DNA from: Eledone cirrhosa
Taxonomy: Eukaryota
Assembly: GCA_964016885.1 (NCBI GenBank)
Contig: CAXHJY010001511.1
Span: 1-36,368, forward strand
Length of the DNA: 36,368 bases
Direction: 5' to 3'
The position numbers and the translations under genes were made by a program. Below the pieces are notes generated by a model. The model had not been told where the DNA came from. It ran no database searches and saw only the letters and a list, made by a program, of their open reading frames with translations. Positions 1-10,645 of the stretch are shown here, piece after piece (the stretch's first letter is position 1; each line of letters opens with the position of its first letter).

Positions 1-217
1 GTCTGCATGTATGTGCAGATGATGAGGTGAGTAGAATAGAGAGGGAGAGAGTGAGGGGGATTAAGAGAGGGTGAAAGACAAGGAGGGAGAAAGGTATTGA
101 AGACAAGAAATAAAGAAACAAACCAAAATAGAGGGATGAGTGGGGGTGTCACATTGCAGCTCGGATAGAGTAGTTGTGGCGGGGAATTATAGAGAGAAAT
201 GGAAGTGAGAACTATTT

Positions 218-513
218 CAAGAAGAAGAAGAAAAGAAGAAGAAAAGAAAAAGAAAAGAAAAAGAAAAGAAGAAGAAAAGAAAAAGAAAAGAAAAAGAAAA
301 GAAGAAGAAAAGAAAAAGAAAAGAAAAAGAAAAGAAGAAGAAAAGAAAAAGAAGAAAAGAAGAAGAAAAGAAAAGAAAAAGAAAAGAAAAAGAAAAGAAG
401 AAGAAAAGAAGAAAAGAAAAGAATAATAATAAGAAGAAGACGAAAAAGAAAAGAAAAAGAAAAGGAAAAAGAAAAAGGAAAAGAAGAAGAAGAAGAAGAA
501 GAAGAAGAAGAAG

Positions 514-543
<30 letters not shown>
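218..543 (+). repeat. Polypurine (GAA)n/(GAAAA)n low-complexity tract with a ~33-bp higher-order unit
   Basis: Almost pure A/G. The unit translating as KKKKRRRKEKE repeats several times, followed by a pure (GAA)n run at ~481-543. Confidence 0.95.
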
Positions 544-544
<1 letters not shown>

Positions 545-1017
545 GAAACGTCTGCCGAATCGAAGAGCAAAGAACACGCAGGGGTTAGTATTGCTGTAAA
601 GTCTATTGTGTTGCAACTCAATAGAAATTATTATGAATAGAGGCAAAAGTTTAAGACTTCGTTGGTGTAATCATCACTTTGCCATCTTGCTGCTTGTTCG
701 TCTGGTGATACTGGAAGCAATAAAACAGACGTCATTCCAGATTCATCCAGATATTATTGTTAATAGCTTTATGTGCTACAAGTTAAATACTTGTGTAATA
801 ACAGAAATATTATTCATACATTACTCTTGTAACATGGTCAAAATGTTTTATTGTACTTGCTCTTTTGTAAAACTGATTGTACATCTGTGACTAGCAAAGA
901 TGGCGAATGTCGTACTGGCGGGGAAAGAGAAAAAGGAAAATGTTCAAGTTTTTAATAAACGGACTGAATGAGGGAGGAAGTGGAGACACACAGTTCTGCT
1001 ATTGAGCCAATGATACA

Positions 1018-1130
1018 TCTACTATATAAATTGCAATTTCTGTCTGTCTGTGTATAACTAGTTGGCGCCTACACCAGTGATCCGATCCTGATGAAACTTT
1101 ACACACATGTTAAGCTAATATTCAGAAACA
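1018..1130 (+). mobile_element. Helitron-like non-autonomous element, 5' end
   Basis: A^TCTACTATATAAA start, then CTGTCTGTCTG and CCGATCCTGATGAAACTT, a layout typical of invertebrate Helitron/DINE-like 5' ends. Based on motif recognition only. Confidence 0.5.
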
Positions 1131-1643
1131 GGACTGGCTAATTGGATTTCAATAATCGAACCCCTGGGGACATCTTTACAATGGAGGAGGAAAGAGAAGA
1201 TGTTTCAGTGAGAGAGGGAGAAGAGGAGATACTACTACAACTACTGTATGTTAAACCCTCCCTCCCACTACTCCTCTTACTCTTCCCACAACTCAGTCCT
1301 TCAAAACGAGGCAACAACTTATTAGAAATATACATAAAGAAATTGCAAACAAAGCAGACGACAATCTAATTTTGGCTGACGACTGAACAGATGTCTCATA
1401 TATATATATAATGTAGGCAAACAATTTCTAGCCCTCTTAGATAGACACTTTCCCATAGGTCATAAATATCGCTCCATCTTTAACCGACACAAAGTAAAAC
1501 TAGGATACTCCTGCGCTAAGAACACGAAGGCCCACATCACCAGCAGCCCTAGGAGCAACACCCAACCAGGGTGCTCTTGCTGTAAGCTCGAAGCTTTCTC
1601 CCCTCAACAGCAATGCAACACACCAGCTGTAATTTATGAAGCT

Positions 1644-2003
1644 GTGGTCACTTCCAACCGACCAAACCAACCACAGGAGGTCAAATCCTATGTGGGCATG
1701 GCGGAGGGCCGATTTAAGGACGTTTCCTTTAGGTACCCGGACAGACGTTCATCCGCGAAACTCGCGAGCCACGTATGGTCCCTCAAGGACTCAAGTATAG
1801 ACAACTCCATTCAATGGAAAGCCATCACTAAGTCCAAGCCATACACAAGGGGAAATCCGTCGTGTGGACTGTGTATTGACGAACGAATAAATATACTAAA
1901 GAGATTATGCAATAGTGATTGCCTAAACACGAGAAATGAATTTTTCACACGTTGTCCACACGTCTCGAAACACCTATTGCATAACTACAAAGCTCCGGAT
2001 TGA
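1644..2003 (+). pseudogene. GIY-YIG endonuclease C-terminal fragment of the Penelope-like element
   Basis: YVG half of the GIY-YIG motif, CxxC and CxH are present. The conserved R...H segment is deleted relative to the other copy. Confidence 0.85.
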
Positions 2004-2157
2004 AGGAATTATTGTAACAACATCAATATTTTTTCTTATCAACTAAAAACTTTTCGGACTTTCGCACGCATTTTAGTATTGCCTGTGTGAAGTGACGGGT
2101 TTCTGAGCATGCGCAAAATACGGTTGTCCTTCCTGTTCCGTATAACCATGCCCATTA

Positions 2158-2197
2158 CGAGCTGAGGATCCGCTAAGGTTAAACAAGTGTTTCTCGG
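2158..2197 (+). ncRNA. Degenerate minimal hammerhead ribozyme in the PLE 3' UTR
   Basis: CGAG-CTGAGGA-TCCGCTAAGGT-TAAAC-AAGT-GTT-TCTCG. Homologous to 3344-3383, but the core GAAA is TAAA and the stem III palindrome is broken. Confidence 0.65.
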
Positions 2198-2291
2198 TAT
2201 GGTGAACTAACTGTTGTGTAACCACTTCTACCTAACTCGTCCCATGGACTGAGTGCTCTACCACTACGGATATTATCTTCCAGTGTTCCAC

Positions 2292-2326
<35 letters not shown>

Positions 2327-3164
2327 ATCCACTGATATGGATTCTGAAAACGTACACACTGTTAGGTCACATTAAGGTCAACTGCAGGAATCAGTGATAA
2401 ATTACAAAAGAGTGTGATGATCAATGACCTGGAAGCTGGTTTACCATGAGATTAGTCCAAAGAATAAAATCAAAATTGTATGTTGACGAATATTCGTACT
2501 ACCGGCATGTTAATTGTAACATGCCATCTTTGAGAGTAAAGTTTATTTTGTCGATATTTCGAGGTGTTGGATCGTGGGAAGATTAACACGAATTAAGAAG
2601 ATGTAACTTCTATCCCATTATTGACACTTTGCAACAGAGAACGATACAAAACCCTCTTTAGGGCCAACACTTCTGATTGTTTATCCGACTTATTATGGTG
2701 TGTTTTCTCGGGTTATGTCTATTATAGAGGAAAAAACGGGATGGTTTTATTGAATTGCTTCAGTCATTCGAAGGGCTTTACAAACGGTGATATACAGGGT
2801 GCTTGAACAGTACCTGAATATGTTCGCTCGGTTATAATTTCTTCAATAATTGCGGTGACTTCCTCAATTGTTCTGTGTTTGTTCTTGAGCACTAAGGCTG
2901 TAAGTTTGTTATTCTTATACATAAGTTTGTTGAATAAGTTGGATACTCTTCTTCCCGGTCCAAACTGCTCCGGCTTATTCACTCTGAATGAAGAAAGCTG
3001 GATGGAAGAAGGACTTATGACTTAAACAGCTATTGATAGTTCAACACAAAAAATTGATCTGCCATAAACTCACCTCCTAGCAAAGGTTGCTATTGAAAAT
3101 CCAATATGGGCACCCAGGGTCGCTAGCATTTTCAGGCGCACTCTGGGAACTGCGAATAACTCCA

Positions 3165-3188
3165 ACTTTCCCGGGTACTGCAGCTAGT
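3165..3188 (+). mobile_element. Helitron-like 3' end (CCGGGTACTGCAGCTAG^T)
   Basis: CCGGGTAC...CTAG followed by T resembles a Helitron 3' terminus. The 5' arm of the subterminal hairpin is not clear. Confidence 0.35.
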
Positions 3189-3211
3189 ACACACACTCAC
3201 ATTATATATAT

Positions 3212-3246
<35 letters not shown>

Positions 3247-3343
3247 GTAGTAGAACACTGGAAGGTAATATCCGTAGTGGTAGAGTACTCAGTCCAAAGG
3301 ACGAGTTAGGTAGAAGTGGTTACACAACAGTTAGTTCACCATA

Positions 3344-3383
3344 CCGAGAACAATTGTTTCACCTTCGCGGATCTTCAGCTCGG
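3344..3383 (-). ncRNA. Minimal type-I hammerhead ribozyme in the PLE 3' UTR/pLTR
   Basis: Minus strand reads CCGAG-CUGAAGA-U-CC-GCGAA-GG-U-GAA-AC-AAUU-GU-U-CUCGG. Stem I is CCGAG/CUCGG, extendable by ACCAUA/UAUGGU; the core is intact; stem III is the palindrome ACAAUUGU; the predicted cleavage triplet is GUU. Confidence 0.85.
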
Positions 3384-3564
3384 GATGTGTATGGTTATAG
3401 GAACAGGAAGGTCAACCGTACGAACGCGCATGCGCAGAAACTCGGTCACTTCACACAGGCAATACTAGACTGCATGCGGGAGGTGTAAGGGAGATAACTG
3501 CGAAAGTCCGGAAAGTTTTTAGGTTGAAAAAAAAAAAAAAATTTAAACATAAAATTACAAAGAA

Positions 3565-5287
3565 TCAGTCCGGAGCCTTGTAGTTATGCAATAGATGTTT
3601 GGTGACGTGTGGACAACGTGTGAAAAATTCACTTCTCGTGTTTAGGCAATCACTATTGCGTAATCTCTTTAGGATAGTTATTCGTTCGTCAATACATAAG
3701 CCACACGTCGGATTTCCCCTTGTGTATGGCTTGGACTTAGTGATAGCTTTCCATTGAATGGAGTAGCCTATACTTGAGTCCTTGAGGGACCATAGGTGGC
3801 TAGCGAGTTTCGTGGATGAACGTCTGTCCGGGTATCTGAAGGTAGACTGGTGGTTCAGGAAACGCTCCTTGAATCGGCCCTCCGCCATGCCCACATAGGA
3901 TTTGACCTCCTGTGGTTCGTTTGGTCGGTTGGAAGTGACCACAGCTTCATAGATTACAGCTGGTGTGTTGCATTGCTGTTGAAGGGGGAAAGCTTCAGGC
4001 TTACGGCAAGAGCACCCTGGTGGGGTGTTACTCCTAGGGCTGCTGGTGATGTGGGCCTTCATGTTCTTAGTGCAGGAGTATCCTAGTTTAACTTTGTGTC
4101 GGTTAAAGATGGAGCGGTATTTATGACCTATGAGGAAGTGTCTATCTAAGAGGGCTAGACATTTTTTTCCTACATTGGTTTTAACGTTGAGTGAGAAGGG
4201 AGGAGAGAACCAGATAGTTTGTCTATTGATGCGCTTACTTTTCTTAATGGTGTTGTTGCTAGTGGGAGAGTAGGTGATAGGTTGTGAGAAGCCGCTGTTA
4301 GCCAACGCCGTGTTATAGTAGGGTGCCGCCCTGTCAAAGATAGCCTTATTAGAGGAGAGGTTTGAGATTCTAGTACTGATATTCTTAACGAAGTTTCTAA
4401 AAACAGTGGGAGGATGGCATGAGTCCTTGTGAATGTAATTAAGTTTCTCGTTTAGCTTATGGAAGGGTATGTGGGTGGGTGTGCGAAGGTCTAAATTAAT
4501 GTCTAAGAAATCTACGCTAGAGAGGTTGGTGGCTACTGTTATCCTAAGGCCTAACTCATTGAAGGTAGAAACTAAGTCTTTTTTAAATCAGTCGAGGTCG
4601 TGACTACTTTTATGGCTCGATAAAGTCAGTCCATCGTCACGGTATATTCCCGTGTGGAAGTCCGGGAATCTAACACGTAATATGTCTAAGATAAATAGGC
4701 CAATCAAGTCACATACGTCAGCACTGTCAAACGATCCCATGGAGACGTCAAACAGGTATGAAGATGTAGACTTCTTTGCCCAGACTGCTCCGTCGTTGAA
4801 GAGGAGAGTTTTCCGGCAGTGAGCGATGATTTCCCTGTCTAAACCATCGACGGTGGTATAAGTGGTAGCGAAGTCCAACGCTTTGTTTAACAGTCTCTGA
4901 GATCGATGGATAAAAATCGACAATGTCAAACTGTGTGAACTTCGCTTTTGGGGATTTTAAGGAGTTAAACCACTTAATTACGGAGTCGCTGTTCTCCCAC
5001 TTGGGCAGGTTGGACTTGGTCCTAATGGTCTTAACTATGTTTCTAAGTATGGTCTTACGAATTAGTCCCATATCTGTGCGTGCCGGGTTTACTAGTCTAC
5101 ATGTGGGGTTAGCAGTAAAGTCTACCTTGTGATCTTTCAGGGTGAGGAACGCCTCCCGCTTAGCTAGAGATTGTAGCTTCTTATCTACCTTAAGGTCGGT
5201 GGCGAGTTCCTTGGCTTCTGTATTAATGTCGTGATAGGCCATAGGGTTAGCTTTCGTATATTTAGAAGTAATAGCGTTATGGGCCAT
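3565..5287 (-). pseudogene. PLE reverse transcriptase-GIY-YIG polyprotein, disrupted
   Basis: ORFs 4748-5287, 4588-4929 and 3565-4305 join into one protein through one frameshift and one stop. The 4306-4587 interval reads open in the same frame as its neighbours (FKKDLVSTFNELGLRITV...VDFLD). Confidence 0.92.
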
Positions 5288-5295
5288 ATATATAT

Positions 5296-5600
5296 GATGG
5301 CTGCAAACTCTCCTAAGAGTATTGCAATCGCTTGTCAGATTACAGAAAATGATGCACTTTTAGGCTTCGGCTAGCCACACAAACCTGTAACATAACCTGC
5401 ACAAGCAATGCATGTGCTTTGAAGGTTTTTAAGTGGGGAAAGGCCTTGCACTCGACCAATCCCACTCTCTGAGCATCGAGAACATCACCCGAAAAGGAGA
5501 ACTGGTCAGCACCATCGGATGCTTGCGAAGTAGGAGGTTTTCTTTCAGAGTTTCCCTCTCCCAGAAAGGTGTTGTGACAACAACTGGGGGCCTTTCACTC
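5296..5600. repeat. Unclassified interspersed repeat, related to 33890-34330
   Basis: Shares blocks with the later copy: TGGCTGC.AACTC, GGC.TTGCAC...CCA.TCCCACTCTCT and TCAGAGTTT.CC.TCTCC.AGA. Confidence 0.6.
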
Positions 5601-5748
5601 CCAGGTGAAAAAAAGAAAAAAAAGTACTATTTGGATGGCCGTTGACTCTGCTGAGTTACTCCGCACACATACATTCATACATAAATACATACGCACGCAC
5701 ATACATACACACACACACACACACAAACACATACACACACATACATGT

Positions 5749-5930
5749 ATGAAGGCACGCGGTTTAGTGTAATTCCCGACACCAGTCTGTTCTTGAGCAA
5801 GACACTTCACTTTACTTTGTTCTTGTCTACTCAGCAGGTAAAAATGAGGTGTACCTGTAATTCATGGGGCCAGTCTTCTCACATATTATATCACACTGAA
5901 CCTTCCTGAGAATTAGGTTAAAAGTACTCG
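5749..5930 (+). mobile_element. tRNA-derived SINE, family B (CORE-like TTGAGCAAGACACTT block)
   Basis: GAAGGCACGCGGTTTAGTG head, TCTTGAGCAAGACACTTCA and ACTCAGC.GG.AAAAATGAG. Related segments at 12170-12305, 17738-17805, 19170-19432, 20370-20490, 22490-22548 and 26233-26355. Confidence 0.7.
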
Positions 5931-6202
5931 GCTCCATCGAAGGAATTTACGTACGATGATGAGAGGCAGCTATTGGCGATTCCAACGGTGGGTTATACTG
6001 CTACGTCCTGCTTTGGAGCCTTGTTGGTGCCCAGGAGCAAGGGTTGTCAGTCTAGCTATACAGGTGTGTGTCTGACCTAATGTCAGTCTAGCTATACAGG
6101 TGTGTGTCTGTTGTGAGCAGAAGGCGGTACTTTAAAGAGAAGGAGGAGGAAGGGACACAGTGGTCATAGTCGACAGCCATCATGTATTTTTTCAAATAAT
6201 GA

Positions 6203-6380
6203 ATAATTATTCCTATTTCTGGCACAATTCCAACAATTTGATGGGGAAAGGTGATTAAATCGACCCCAGTATATTACTGGTACTTTATTTCATTGATCCC
6301 GTAAGGATGAAAGGCAAAGTTGACGTCGGCAGGATTTGGACTCAGAATGTAAAGGGACGTAACTCTATGTCGCGAAGCAG
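6203..6380 (-). mobile_element. tRNA-derived SINE, family A
   Basis: Matches the reverse complement of 10007-10193 (GGATGAAAGGCAAAGTT, ACTGGTACTTTATTT). Confidence 0.85.
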
Positions 6381-6688
6381 TATTTTAGGGTATGACGAAC
6401 ATAATATGTACAGAAGCATACAAGCCGTACCAGGCCCCACAAAATTACACTTCATAGTTCTGCTAGGTAGAGCCCACATCTTATTCAAGAATGCAGTCGA
6501 GTTCTCTGTACACAACATGATGCAATAAGCACTCAATAAGATAACACAACATTATCACCCAATACTATAGGAGGGCTGACTGAACACTTCATAGGACTAT
6601 GAAGGGGTGATGCTAGAGCTGTGAAATTTTGTAGGCATTAATTTCAACTCTTCTTAATAACTGCATTATTTTTCTTTCCAGGGACCGT

Positions 6689-6898
6689 GTTAAAAAATAA
6701 ACCTCATTTGGTCGTTCCATGAGAGTATCTTGGTCAGCCTATGAACTTTTCAGCCAACCCATGTCTGTGTATGTGTACACCCAACATTCATCACATATAT
6801 AAAGCGATGAAATACCAATGAAGGTTGCAAAATCACTGACGAAGGACTATTTTTATCATATGTAACCCATGTGCAACCACGCAGTATTCTTTCTTCGC

Positions 6899-6942
<44 letters not shown>

Positions 6943-7031
6943 TATATAGATATATTATGTTGAAAAATAAACCTCATTTGGTCGTTCCATGAGAGTATTT
7001 TGGTCAGCCTATGAACCCTTCAGCTGACCCT
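6689..7031 (+). repeat. ~70-bp direct repeat pair (6689-6760 and 6958-7031)
   Basis: AAAAATAAACCTCATTTGGTCGTTCCATGAGAGTAT.TTGGTCAGCCTATGAAC occurs twice, about 270 bp apart. Confidence 0.9.
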
Positions 7032-7629
7032 CGTGTAACGCACCCCCCCCCCCCCCTCGATACTCAATAGTGTAGCACCAACTGACATACTAAACAGCTG
7101 CAGTTCATTATACCAGTCATACAAGACCATCATCTGATACCAAGCAACATAACCCCAATTACACGGCAATAATTACCACCTTATGTTATATATACTCTGT
7201 ACAACCGGAACAGAGACCGGAAACAACTCCAGAACAAAGCAACTCTATTGCAATATACTAAAACGAGTGTAGCTGCCCCCACCACACACACCAACAGGAT
7301 GCTGCACACACCGCAGGAATACGGAGGTACATCTGGTAATGCAGTAGAAAATTGATTGAAATAAAGGAAAAAAAAAATGAATAGTTTCTAATTTAGGCAG
7401 CACAAGGCCAGCAATTAGGAGGGGAGAGGGAAATCGATTAAAGCAACCTCACTGCTTGGTAGACCCATAAATCCCGAGGCAGTTGTAGGGGCGCCATATT
7501 GACATGTTTCTAGGGCATTGTAAAGCCTGGCGGAGCCCATCTCTCTTCCAAGTCTGGATAGAGTAGATTTATTCCAGGGAAGGATAGAAAGTGAAAGAGA
7601 GGAAATGTCAAAGGGATATAGAGAAAGAA

Positions 7630-7770
7630 TCGACCTAGTACTTGACTGGTACTTATCTACCTGCAAGGGATGAAAGGCGAAGTTGACCTTGGTGAGATTT
7701 GAACTGAGAGAACAGAAAGCCGTAACGAATACCACAAAGTATTGTATCTGACGTTCTAACTCTACCATTC
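7630..7770 (-). mobile_element. SINE family A variant (its 3' tail probably lies at ~7381-7450)
   Basis: ACTGGTACTTAT...GGATGAAAGGCGAAGTTGACCTTGG...GATTTGAACT (B-box on the minus strand). Confidence 0.75.
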
Positions 7771-8161
7771 AATCAGACGTTCTAACCACTCCACGATTCT
7801 ATCTGACGTTCTAACCACTCTACCATTCTATCTGACGTTCTAACCACTCTACCATTCTAACGGACGTTCTAACCACTCTACCATTCTATCTGACGTTCCA
7901 ACCACTCTACCATTCAATCAGACGTTCTAACCACTCTACCATTCTATATGGCGTTCTAACCACTCTACCATTCAATCAGACGTTCTAACCACTCTACCAT
8001 TCTATATGGCGTTCTAACAACTCTACCATTCTATCTGACGTTCTAACCACTCTGCCATTCTAAGTGACGTTCTAACCACTCTACCATTCTATCTGACGTT
8101 CTAACCACTCTACCATTCTATCAGACGTTCTAACCACTCTGCCATTCTATCTGATGTTCTG
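7742..8161 (-). repeat. 29-bp tandem array (~14 copies) derived from the SINE 5' head/A-box
   Basis: Unit TTCTATCTGACGTTCTAACCACTCTACCA. Its reverse complement TGGTAGAGTGGTTAGAACG is tRNA A-box-like and continues the SINE at 7630-7770. Confidence 0.9.
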
Positions 8162-8169
8162 ATTAAATT

Positions 8170-8360
8170 GATCCCTGTACATTACTGGTACTTTATTTCA
8201 TCGACCCCGTAAAGATGAAAGACAAATCAAATAATAATGGGGGGGGGGGCAAAGTCGATTACATCAGCCCCAGTGCATTACTGGTACTTTATTGTATCGA
8301 CTCCGTAAGGATTAAAGGAAAAACTAACCTTGAGGGATTTGATCTCAGAATGTAAAGACT
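8170..8360 (-). mobile_element. Two SINE family A fragments
   Basis: CATTACTGGTACTTT...TCGAC.CCGTAA.GAT.AAAG occurs twice. Confidence 0.75.
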
Positions 8361-9334
8361 AAAAAATGCAACAATTTGAAGAGGAGGGATAATAATTCAG
8401 ACCCTTATGTCGGGAAGAGGTTATTTGGAAACACATCAAAAAATGTTTTCTTAATCCAGCCAATTGTTTCAATTAATGTGAAGGGTTACATTTGATTAAG
8501 ACTCCTCAACTAAAGACCTTGTAATGTATTCATGAGGAAAATGTTTTAATGCTTTCTAATGAGACTAATTCTCCATATAAAACTTCCTTAGTTTATGTTA
8601 ATTTTAATAACAACACGGACTAAAACTTTCTCCTGAAGAATCGATTAGAAATAACAGTAGTTTTTGAGATGGCCATTAGCATAACTAGAAAATTAGATGT
8701 AAGCAGAAAGAAACGTTTTAAGTCAGCTTTTGTTAATGGAGAAATCACTTAGTGTAATGGATTATATTAACAAAGATACTTGAAAAGAGGGAGAGAGAGA
8801 GTGAGGAGGAGTGGGAGAGAGAGGAGGAGTGGGAGAGAGAGGAGTGAGGGGGAGAGAGGGGGATAAGGAGGAGGATAATAAAACAACAAACGAAGAAGAG
8901 AGTAAGGAGAGTGTCAACTGCTGGTTGAGAACGATTATCGTTCGACTTATAGTTTCAGGCAGTATCTAACATGTTATTATATAGCTGTTTGATATTCCTG
9001 TGGAGTGTCAAATGTTTTCTACCGTTCTTATTGAATGTCCAGAGGCAGTGATTAAACCATTATTGGAACCGTTAAAGACTTCATCTTTGCTAAAGATGCA
9101 TAATAATTTCATTTGAAGTAGAAATTGATTGACTACACCTACAAACAATAGTTATTCAAATAATTTAAAATCAATTTTAAAAAAATAAGAGTAGAAAGTG
9201 TTTACTCTAACAATTTTCAACGCAAAACTTACAAAAGTTAATCCGAGATTTAAAATACACACCTGCTCCACCCCCAGTAATTTAGTAAGATCATTGACAT
9301 TGCTAACTTTCGGGTAATGACCGAAAGAATACAT

Positions 9335-9731
9335 TCGCGAATACAAGCTGCTGAAATGGGGTTCCTCCGAAGGGACTTTGGAGTAACGTTACGAGATCTG
9401 AGAGTCACTCCAGGTAGAGCCACTACTTCTCCAAATTGAGAGATCACAGCTCTGATGCTATGGGCATGTCGTGGGAATGTCTCTGATGCTATGGGCATGT
9501 CGTGGGAATGTCTCAGAATCGCTGAACAGATTTTACGGGCAAAACCAGGCGGCAGGAGATCCAGGGGTAGACCCCGAGGAAGGTGGTTGGATAACATCCA
9601 TTAGCTTGGCTGGTCCCACTTGGAGATCCAGCCGGATCACCTGGAGACGGTTATTGCTGACAGGACCCACTGGAAGGAGTGTTTGAGGACTCTACCCCCA
9701 CGACCCTCTCAGGAATAATTGGGAGAAGAAG
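9335..9731 (+). mobile_element. RTE-clade LINE 3' fragment (Rex3/Expander-like), degenerate
   Basis: Translates to SRIQAAEMGFLRR..GVTLRD / LQVEPLLLQIERSQL*CYGHV / RRSRGRPRGRWLDNI, the typical RTE C-terminus. Has a GAAGAAG tail and an internal 31-bp tandem duplication at 9450-9511. Confidence 0.85.
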
Positions 9732-9778
9732 CTCCCAAACATCAGTTTTAAGACTCTTTTAATAGATGTATTAGATAA

Positions 9779-9859
9779 AATTGTTTCTACTTTTAGCACA
9801 AGGCCAGCAAATATCCCAGTGTATTACTGGTACTTTATTTTCTCGACCCCGTAAGGATG
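9779..9859 (-). mobile_element. SINE family A, 3' fragment
   Basis: AATTGTTTCTACTTTT.GCACAAGGCCAGCAA...ACTGGTACTTTATTT...CCCGTAAGGATG. Confidence 0.85.
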
Positions 9860-10006
9860 TATTAGATATAATGGAACTTGGTTATTCTAATATCGATATA
9901 AAATAAATATAAAACATTTCAAACTGCACGTTCCCTCATCAATAACTTCTTTAGAGTTAGTTCAAAGATAAATGGTTTATAACTTAGGCAGTATAAGGAC
10001 AGCATT

Positions 10007-10193
10007 TGGATTGGCAGTATCGGTAGAGAGCCGGACGCCATGCTCTCCGGCATAGAGTTACGACCTTTTACGGACTGAGTTCAAATCCCGCCGAGGTTAA
10101 CTTTGCCTTTCATCCTTACGGGGGTCGATAAAATAAAATACCAGTAATGTACTGAGTAATTGCTGGCCTTGTGCCAAAAGTAGAAACAATTAT
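10007..10193 (+). mobile_element. tRNA-derived SINE, family A, near full length
   Basis: A-box-like TGGCAGTATCGGTAGA, B-box GAGTTCAAATCCC and 3' end AAAAGTAGAAACAATTAT. About ten related copies occur in the window. Confidence 0.9.
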
Positions 10194-10645
10194 ATCGAAC
10201 AGTACTTTATTTTATCTATCACACATTGAAAGAGGGAGTTGACCGTTGTAGTATTTGAAGATAGGACATAAATGTCAGAGAGGAGGAGATTCGACTCTAG
10301 AACGAAACTGACACATGAAAGACAAAGTTGTACATGGCAGGAATTGAACTCAAAGCACATAAGTCGGAACTGACCTTCTCACGTCTCTAGCAATTAAATT
10401 TTAATCTGTTATTTTAATAAATATTTGCTCTAGGGTTCTTATATATTTGATATATATTTATCCTTATCGAGCCCTCTTTGGATTTTAGTCTTCACATTTA
10501 TTATTACTATATATATATATATATATACACACACACATATATACATACTTACACACAGAGACAAATTCATAAAATAAAATATATCTCTCCACAAGACGGT
10601 AATAAAATAAAATGTCTCCACGTTTCTGTCTTTTTACCAACTTAG

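Larger units (their letters stand above)
1410..2295 (+). mobile_element. 5'-truncated Penelope-like element: linker, GIY-YIG endonuclease remnant and 3' UTR/pLTR
   Basis: Translates to VGKQFLALLDRHFPIGHKYR...VIYEAVV...SYVGMAEGRFK...CGLCIDE...CPH. Highly similar to the minus-strand copy at 3246-4175, with frameshifts and an in-frame deletion (FKERFLNHQSTF becomes FKDVSF). Both ends abut (TA)n. Confidence 0.9.
3246..5287 (-). mobile_element. Penelope-like element (RT + C-terminal GIY-YIG), 5'-truncated and pseudogenised, with 3' UTR/pLTR
   Basis: RT motifs FDIVDFYPSI, FDVSMGSFDSADVCDLIG, GIYRDDGL and VDFLDINLDL; then IWFSPPFS, a CSC..C linker, VIYEA/SYVG GIY-YIG, CGLCIDE and CPH. Frameshift near 4890 and in-frame TGA at 4588-4590. 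Flanked by (TA)n on both sides. Confidence 0.95.

Noticed and set aside
174-646. K/E/R-rich and F/S/L-rich ORFs
   Set aside because: They are products of a polypurine simple repeat with no domain content.
1085-1100. CTGATGAAAC as a hammerhead core
   Set aside because: There is no room for stem II, and it is part of the Helitron-like 5' motif.
2621-2982. Short ORFs between the two PLE copies
   Set aside because: No recognisable motifs or convincing splice signals.
7034-7331. Possible solo LTR (TGTAAC...GGTACA)
   Set aside because: No target-site duplication, second copy, PBS or PPT is visible.
8630-8665. CTGAAGA-ATCGATTA-GAAA hammerhead-like match
   Set aside because: No credible stems I-III; such matches are expected by chance.
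10007-10100. tRNA gene
   Set aside because: A and B boxes are present, but there is no cloverleaf and the sequence continues into a multi-copy SINE body.
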